DNA of 24,741 nucleotides from Calditrichaceae bacterium (GTDB lineage Bacteria; Calditrichota; Calditrichia; Calditrichales; JBFXGD01): NCBI GenBank assembly GCA_050173015.1, contig JBFXLE010000040.1, positions 1 to 24,741 of the forward strand, read 5' to 3'. Shown piece by piece: positions 20,312 to 24,741 of this stretch (position 1 is its first letter; each line of letters starts with the position of its first letter). The notes under the pieces were generated by a model. It saw only the letters and a program-made list of their open reading frames with translations, ran no database searches and was not told where the DNA came from. The position numbers and the translations under genes were made by a program.

Positions 20312-20360
20312 TCACACAGGGGAAAGCTAATATAAATATAATATTCTTACTAGATATAAA

Positions 20361-20612
20361 GTGCCCCTCTAAATCAACACTACTATACTATCAATTCACT
20401 GCAAAAATATCACCCGCAACAACCGAATGTTCCTGCACAACCACCGTAAGTTCCAAAAGTACCGAAACAATTTGTTATATCGAGATTGTATCTATCTTCA
20501 AGTGTTTCTACTTCTAAAGATTCAATATTTAAATCAAATCCATCTTTTAATTTATCATTTTTTTCATTTTCCATATTTTCTCCTTTTTTTACTTTTTTTA
20601 TTAGAGGGACAC
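20361..20612. repeat. 12-bp inverted repeat pair flanking the precursor gene
   Basis: GTGCCCCTCTAA (20361-20372) and TTAGAGGGACAC (20601-20612); 11/12 complementary, the exception is a G-U pair on the minus-strand RNA. Confidence 0.6.
20410..20574 (-). CDS. RiPP precursor peptide, 54 aa: MENEKNDKLKDGFDLNIESLEVETLEDRYNLDITNCFGTFGTYGGCAGTFGCCG
   Basis: Manual translation; RBS AAGGAGA at 20579-20585; acidic leader plus Cys/Thr/Gly-rich core; directly downstream of the YcaO and SagB genes. Confidence 0.92.
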   Translation of the reverse strand: MENEKNDKLKDGFDLNIESLEVETLEDRYNLDITNCFGTFGTYGGCAGTFGCCG

Positions 20613-20630
20613 ATCATTTGTAATTAAGTT

Positions 20631-21401
20631 TCATTGTTTATGTCCTATTGAATGTGCTAATAAAACAAACTGATCAATACCATTTATATCTAAAATCAAT
20701 TCGATTTTATGTTCAACAACGCCACCGATGGCACAAGAACCTAAGTTTAAAACTTCAGAGACAAGATACAAATTTTGCATAAGTGCACCACAATCAATAT
20801 GAACTATACGAAGTGCTCTCATTCCATATTTCGATTTTACGCGTTCCATATTTGCCACAAAAATAATGAGTAATGGGCATGAAGCAAGCTCTGGTTGATA
20901 TATGATATTTTTTTTAATTTCTCTTTCAAAATCACTTATAAAAACTGGATTTAGTGTGTGATTGATAAAATTATAATAATATAAACCTTTTTCTAGCCCT
21001 TCTACATTCATGCTAAAAAAATAAATATCGGTTGAATTTAAATTTCCTCCAGTCGGTACATTTCGTTTTCGCTGCGTTTTATTCTCTCTTGTTCCCGCAG
21101 AAAAATACAAAAGGGTACTTAAATCTTGTAGACTGATTGCTTTATTTGAATAATTTCTGATACTTTCTCTTTTTAGTATCACCTCTAAAAAATTTTTATC
21201 TTTCAATTTACTTTGATTTGGATCAGGCAACTTAATTTCCATTGCATTATACAATGTTGTGTACGACTTTTTAGTTAAGTATAATACATTTTCATCATAA
21301 TGGAACTGATGTGCCTTTTTGTTTTTTTTACCAAATAAAAGATTTTTTGAATTTAAGAGATAAATTTCATCGAAAGAACCATGCATGATTTTATCCTTCA
21401 T
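20631..21401 (-). CDS. SagB/ThcOx family FMN-dependent azoline dehydrogenase
   Basis: KRESIRNY, LSTLLY, RNVPTGGNL, GLYYY, KYG (Lys-Tyr motif), DCGALMQNLYL, GSCAIGG. Confidence 0.92.
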   Translation of the reverse strand: MKDKIMHGSFDEIYLLNSKNLLFGKKNKKAHQFHYDENVLYLTKKSYTTLYNAMEIKLPDPNQSKLKDKNFLEVILKRESIRNYSNKAISLQDLSTLLYFSAGTRENKTQRKRNVPTGGNLNSTDIYFFSMNVEGLEKGLYYYNFINHTLNPVFISDFEREIKKNIIYQPELASCPLLIIFVANMERVKSKYGMRALRIVHIDCGALMQNLYLVSEVLNLGSCAIGGVVEHKIELILDINGIDQFVLLAHSIGHKQ

Positions 21402-22733
21402 TTATGCAAAAGGGTGCGGAAGATTTGTAATTTCGTTGTTTAAAAAAGAATTAAAACCCATTTTTGGCAAACAGCTTTTTATCCTTTTATTCTTCAAAAA
21501 ACGGTAGTTGTGATTTGGGGTTAACCAGACTAGTTCAGGCGAAAACATTTTAACAAATTTGAATGAGCTATTACATATATCCGATGTTGTAATATCCTTA
21601 ACAATTAAGTTGATATTCCTTTTAGAAAATTCTTTTATAAAATATTCCAAAATCTGTTTAGAAGAGGAATTAAGTATATTTTTATTTTGTGGTAAGGAAT
21701 CAATTGAGATTTTCTCTTTTGACTGAACAAGAAAATCTAATTTCTTTTGCATATCTGTCATATTGTATAAATATAAATGATCTTCAAAATCTATCACATT
21801 TTTGTAGTCTTTATAATAGATTCTCTCTTTAAATATTTCTTCATTATAGGCAGCGAACTTCCTAGTGGAATATGCCTCATCTAAAGCTCTGACAATAGCT
21901 GGGATTGGGCTAAGTTTTGCGGCAGCAGAGGTTGTTATATATGGGTATTTCTTTGACTGCAGTATACAAAATATAATCGGAATTGAAAAATCTGTTCTTA
22001 TATCGAATAAATTTACTTTGTTTCCTAGTTTTTCCAATGCATCTATTCTTTTTAGGATTTCAGTATTATTTATCGACTCCAGATCAATTTTGTGTCTAGG
22101 AAGCTGGTTCAACCATGTAACCATTATTGCTTCCCTTTCCAATCCCTCTAAAATTGCATTATTTGTAGCATCCTCAATTGTTTGTCCTCCAGCAGTACCA
22201 GTAGAATTTGGAGTAGTTATTAATTCAGACTTGGAATTTATCGTGGTTTGAAGATAGATGAATGATGATGGCACATATATTTCCTTTTTATTAATCAAGT
22301 CATAGCACATAGTCCAATAGTATTTATGGTTTTCTTTCGGTTTTGAAAGGATATTATATGGATTTTCATATTCACTATCAGAACAAGCCGGCAACGTATT
22401 TGGATGGATAAAATTTTTACCATCCTTATTGTTATATGATAAATATAGTTGTTCATCTTCATAATTTTTCATAACTGCACAATATCTTTCTAATGCTTCT
22501 GCAATGGCACTTAATTCACATTGTTTTTTATTTAAAGAAGCGTTTGTTGAAAACAAAGGATTATTGTTCGAGCTTAAAACTCTCTCGAGATTGGTCAATC
22601 TACAAGAATAATGAAAATAATGACTTTCTCCTATTCTTCTCCTCGCTTCTACTACTGCTTTAATAACTCCGAGTTTAGAATCTACAAATCTTCTAGCTTC
22701 ATCAAGTTCTATATCTTGTTGTATCTCATTCAT
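21402..22733 (-). CDS. YcaO cyclodehydratase (azoline-forming, SagD-like)
   Basis: VDSKLGVI, AEALERY, STGTAGG...AILEGLEREA ATP-binding motifs, Pro-rich C-terminus LPHPFA. Confidence 0.93.
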   Translation of the reverse strand: MNEIQQDIELDEARRFVDSKLGVIKAVVEARRRIGESHYFHYSCRLTNLERVLSSNNNPLFSTNASLNKKQCELSAIAEALERYCAVMKNYEDEQLYLSYNNKDGKNFIHPNTLPACSDSEYENPYNILSKPKENHKYYWTMCYDLINKKEIYVPSSFIYLQTTINSKSELITTPNSTGTAGGQTIEDATNNAILEGLEREAIMVTWLNQLPRHKIDLESINNTEILKRIDALEKLGNKVNLFDIRTDFSIPIIFCILQSKKYPYITTSAAAKLSPIPAIVRALDEAYSTRKFAAYNEEIFKERIYYKDYKNVIDFEDHLYLYNMTDMQKKLDFLVQSKEKISIDSLPQNKNILNSSSKQILEYFIKEFSKRNINLIVKDITTSDICNSSFKFVKMFSPELVWLTPNHNYRFLKNKRIKSCLPKMGFNSFLNNEITNLPHPFA

Positions 22734-22735
22734 TA

Positions 22736-23788
22736 TTAAACTCCTGTGAAAGCAAAATTTGAATTCCTAATTTTCTTTGAACATGTTTTGCAAACTGGTA
22801 ATCTATGAAATTTTCTTTTTGTCAAATTTAGATGAATAAAATCAAACTCTATTTCGTTTCCGACTGTTTGAGGGATGGTTATATATGTTGAGGCATTGAC
22901 TATTTCAGCAGTCAATATACCAACTAAAATTTTTTTGTTATAATTTGTGTGCGAAAATGGAACAGTATCTGCCTTGTTTAAAAAATTCTTATATGTAAGG
23001 AAACTGTCTAAATCATTTGTATTCATTATTTGTCTTTGTTCATAACATTCAAAGCACCCTGTTTCATCTGGTAAAAAAGTTGGTCCAATTATTGCTTTTT
23101 TATCTGTAAGAAAAGCAATAGTGAACATTTGTTTATTTGAGTAAGCAATTTTATTTATTTTCTTAAATATTTTTGGATAATTTCTATCGAATACACAAAT
23201 TAAATGTGCTTCCTTGTTAAAATTTATTTCATCAATACTATCAAAAAAAATGACACCTTCCTGATGGACAATATGTTCTTTCATTTCGGTCAATGCAATT
23301 ATTTCAACAAGTTCATACCCAATACTCTTAATTTCATTATATAAACTTATCCCCAATTCACTATTAATAATTAATTGAATTTTATATGTCTTAATTTTTT
23401 GGAATAGATCAAAACGGTTTTTTGAATGTCTAGTAACATCAATTAATCTCGAAAAATATTTTTGAGCTTCATTAGATTTAATAATATCTTCTTCCCTCAC
23501 AGTAGAATAGTCTTCAAATAGACCTTTCATATATAAATACTTTAAAATTAATGGTACAAAATCCATCTCCTTCTCACTAACACTATGAACTATATAATCT
23601 AATGAGTTTTTTCCGTTCAATAAGGGTAATATTTTTTTTACAGTGGGTAATGTATTTTCACCAGTTAATAAAATTGAATCTTCTACTCCATAAATTTGTA
23701 TTTTTTTATCATCAACAATCAAATGACAATCTTCTGAGATTTTTGGATACTGAGGGACTTCTATTTGTGGATCTACAATCATTCTCAT
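22736..23788 (-). CDS. TOMM leader-peptide-binding E1/ThiF-like cyclodehydratase partner (SagC-like, N-terminal RRE)
   Basis: ILPLLNGKNSL RRE-like segment; IGPTFLPDETGCFECY and RLPVCKTC Zn-type motifs; stop 2 nt before the YcaO start. Confidence 0.88.
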   Translation of the reverse strand: MRMIVDPQIEVPQYPKISEDCHLIVDDKKIQIYGVEDSILLTGENTLPTVKKILPLLNGKNSLDYIVHSVSEKEMDFVPLILKYLYMKGLFEDYSTVREEDIIKSNEAQKYFSRLIDVTRHSKNRFDLFQKIKTYKIQLIINSELGISLYNEIKSIGYELVEIIALTEMKEHIVHQEGVIFFDSIDEINFNKEAHLICVFDRNYPKIFKKINKIAYSNKQMFTIAFLTDKKAIIGPTFLPDETGCFECYEQRQIMNTNDLDSFLTYKNFLNKADTVPFSHTNYNKKILVGILTAEIVNASTYITIPQTVGNEIEFDFIHLNLTKRKFHRLPVCKTCSKKIRNSNFAFTGV

Positions 23789-23838
23789 ATGGACACCTTT
23801 CGAGTTAAATAGTGTATAGATAAATTCGTGATTCTGAT

Positions 23839-24603
23839 TTATTCATGAATCTCTTTTATTTTCATAAGGTTAATATCTATTACATATTTTCTTTGAGAAT
23901 TATGATCAGTTATTCTCAAATAATTATCCGCAGGGTGTTTAGATAAACTATCTGAGGAAGATTCATCCAACTCATCTACATTATACCAGCGCGTCCACTG
24001 ATGAGGGCTTTGCTCAAGGCCACTTTTTAATAAATCAAGACACTTTTCATAAAATATTTTACTGTATTCTTTTGCATTGCTATTTGTAATCTCTCGTATT
24101 TCAAAATCAATGTTATTGTGTTGGATGTTTGTAATTACGCTGTAAATTGACGTTGGTGTTTTTTTTAAAAAGTAAGGAATGCTAGTTTTAACCAGATAAT
24201 TAAACCCAAAAATAAATGGTAAAGACACAAAATTTTTATTTTCTTCATTAATTGATTTATTCTCATCAAAATAAATAAAAACAATACCTTTGTTTTTTAA
24301 GATTTTCAACAATTTTCTCATTGATATAAAATCTTGTACCAAGATAAATTCTATATCTGCATCTTGAAAATCTTTTTTTATTAGAGCCTTGTAATAGCTA
24401 AGCCGTGACTGCCGACTTATAGTTAATGCATCAACAACGACATAAACAGTAGTTTTTAAATAGATGGAAAGAATAACCGGAGCTAATTCAAATACCCCAT
24501 AATGAAAAGAAATATAAATTTTACCATTGTCATCATTAGGCATTTGATTTAATTTTTGTGTGATTATCGTAGCTGCTTCTCTTATATATCTCGTTGCATG
24601 CAT
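23839..24603 (-). CDS. LpxL/lysophospholipid acyltransferase (LPLAT)-like protein; true start uncertain
   Basis: ISFHYGVFE (H-x4-E), VFIYFDEN, VSLPF, PHQWTRW match the lipid A acyltransferase-like motif order. Confidence 0.7.
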   Translation of the reverse strand: MHATRYIREAATIITQKLNQMPNDDNGKIYISFHYGVFELAPVILSIYLKTTVYVVVDALTISRQSRLSYYKALIKKDFQDADIEFILVQDFISMRKLLKILKNKGIVFIYFDENKSINEENKNFVSLPFIFGFNYLVKTSIPYFLKKTPTSIYSVITNIQHNNIDFEIREITNSNAKEYSKIFYEKCLDLLKSGLEQSPHQWTRWYNVDELDESSSDSLSKHPADNYLRITDHNSQRKYVIDINLMKIKEIHE

Positions 24604-24741
24604 GTTAATATTTTTGTTCTGCCTCAGAACCTTTTGGAATTTTCGGACAAATTTAATACTATGACTTTTTAGTTAACTTGCCAACTTTAAATTCTCAAAA
24701 TGACGTTCTTGTTTTGCCTGTTCTACCTTCAATTTTCTTTC

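Larger units (their letters stand above)
16400..24741 (-). other. AT-rich accessory island carrying an azol(in)e RiPP biosynthetic gene cluster; truncated at the window edge
   Basis: Co-oriented, tightly spaced genes; visibly lower GC than 617-16396. Confidence 0.8.

Noticed and set aside
20153-20335. 60-aa plus-strand ORF
   Set aside because: Opposite to the operon, no RBS; antisense to the decayed precursor copy
20383-20412. Selenocysteine read-through of the precursor TGA
   Set aside because: No evident SECIS-like hairpin; read-through adds only YFCSELIV with no core-like pattern
20427-20627. 66-aa plus-strand ORF
   Set aside because: Antisense shadow of the real precursor gene 20410..20574
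20410-23788. Calling the product a thiopeptide
   Set aside because: Core has no Ser for pyridine formation and no split LanB or pyridine synthase is in the window; upstream genes are unseen

Overview
Bacterial window in two parts. Bases 1-16.4 kb are moderate-GC housekeeping DNA: pepT, a PafA-type alkaline phosphatase, a minus-strand run (fused 2-oxoacid dehydrogenase E1, E2, thioredoxin-like [2Fe-2S] ferredoxin, YgfZ-like protein, DUF2203, dusB), a membrane-anchored MutS-domain-V ATPase, an SDR, a split AtuA pair and exonuclease III. From about 16.4 kb to the right edge lies a clearly AT-rich, all-minus-strand island encoding a RiPP (ribosomal peptide) cluster of the azol(in)e/TOMM type. Gene order: LpxL/LPLAT-like acyltransferase, E1-like leader-binding protein, azoline-forming YcaO, SagB-type dehydrogenase, a 54-aa precursor peptide missed by the ORF track (20410..20574; core CFGTFGTYGGCAGTFGCCG), a decayed second precursor copy, an RRE-fused M50 intramembrane protease and an outer-membrane CarboxypepD/DUF5686-like protein. 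The best novelty candidate is a possibly lipidated poly-azole peptide system. Also seen: a 12-bp inverted repeat framing the precursor gene and a possible SPASM-domain relic at the island edge. All family calls come from motif recognition by eye; no searches were run.
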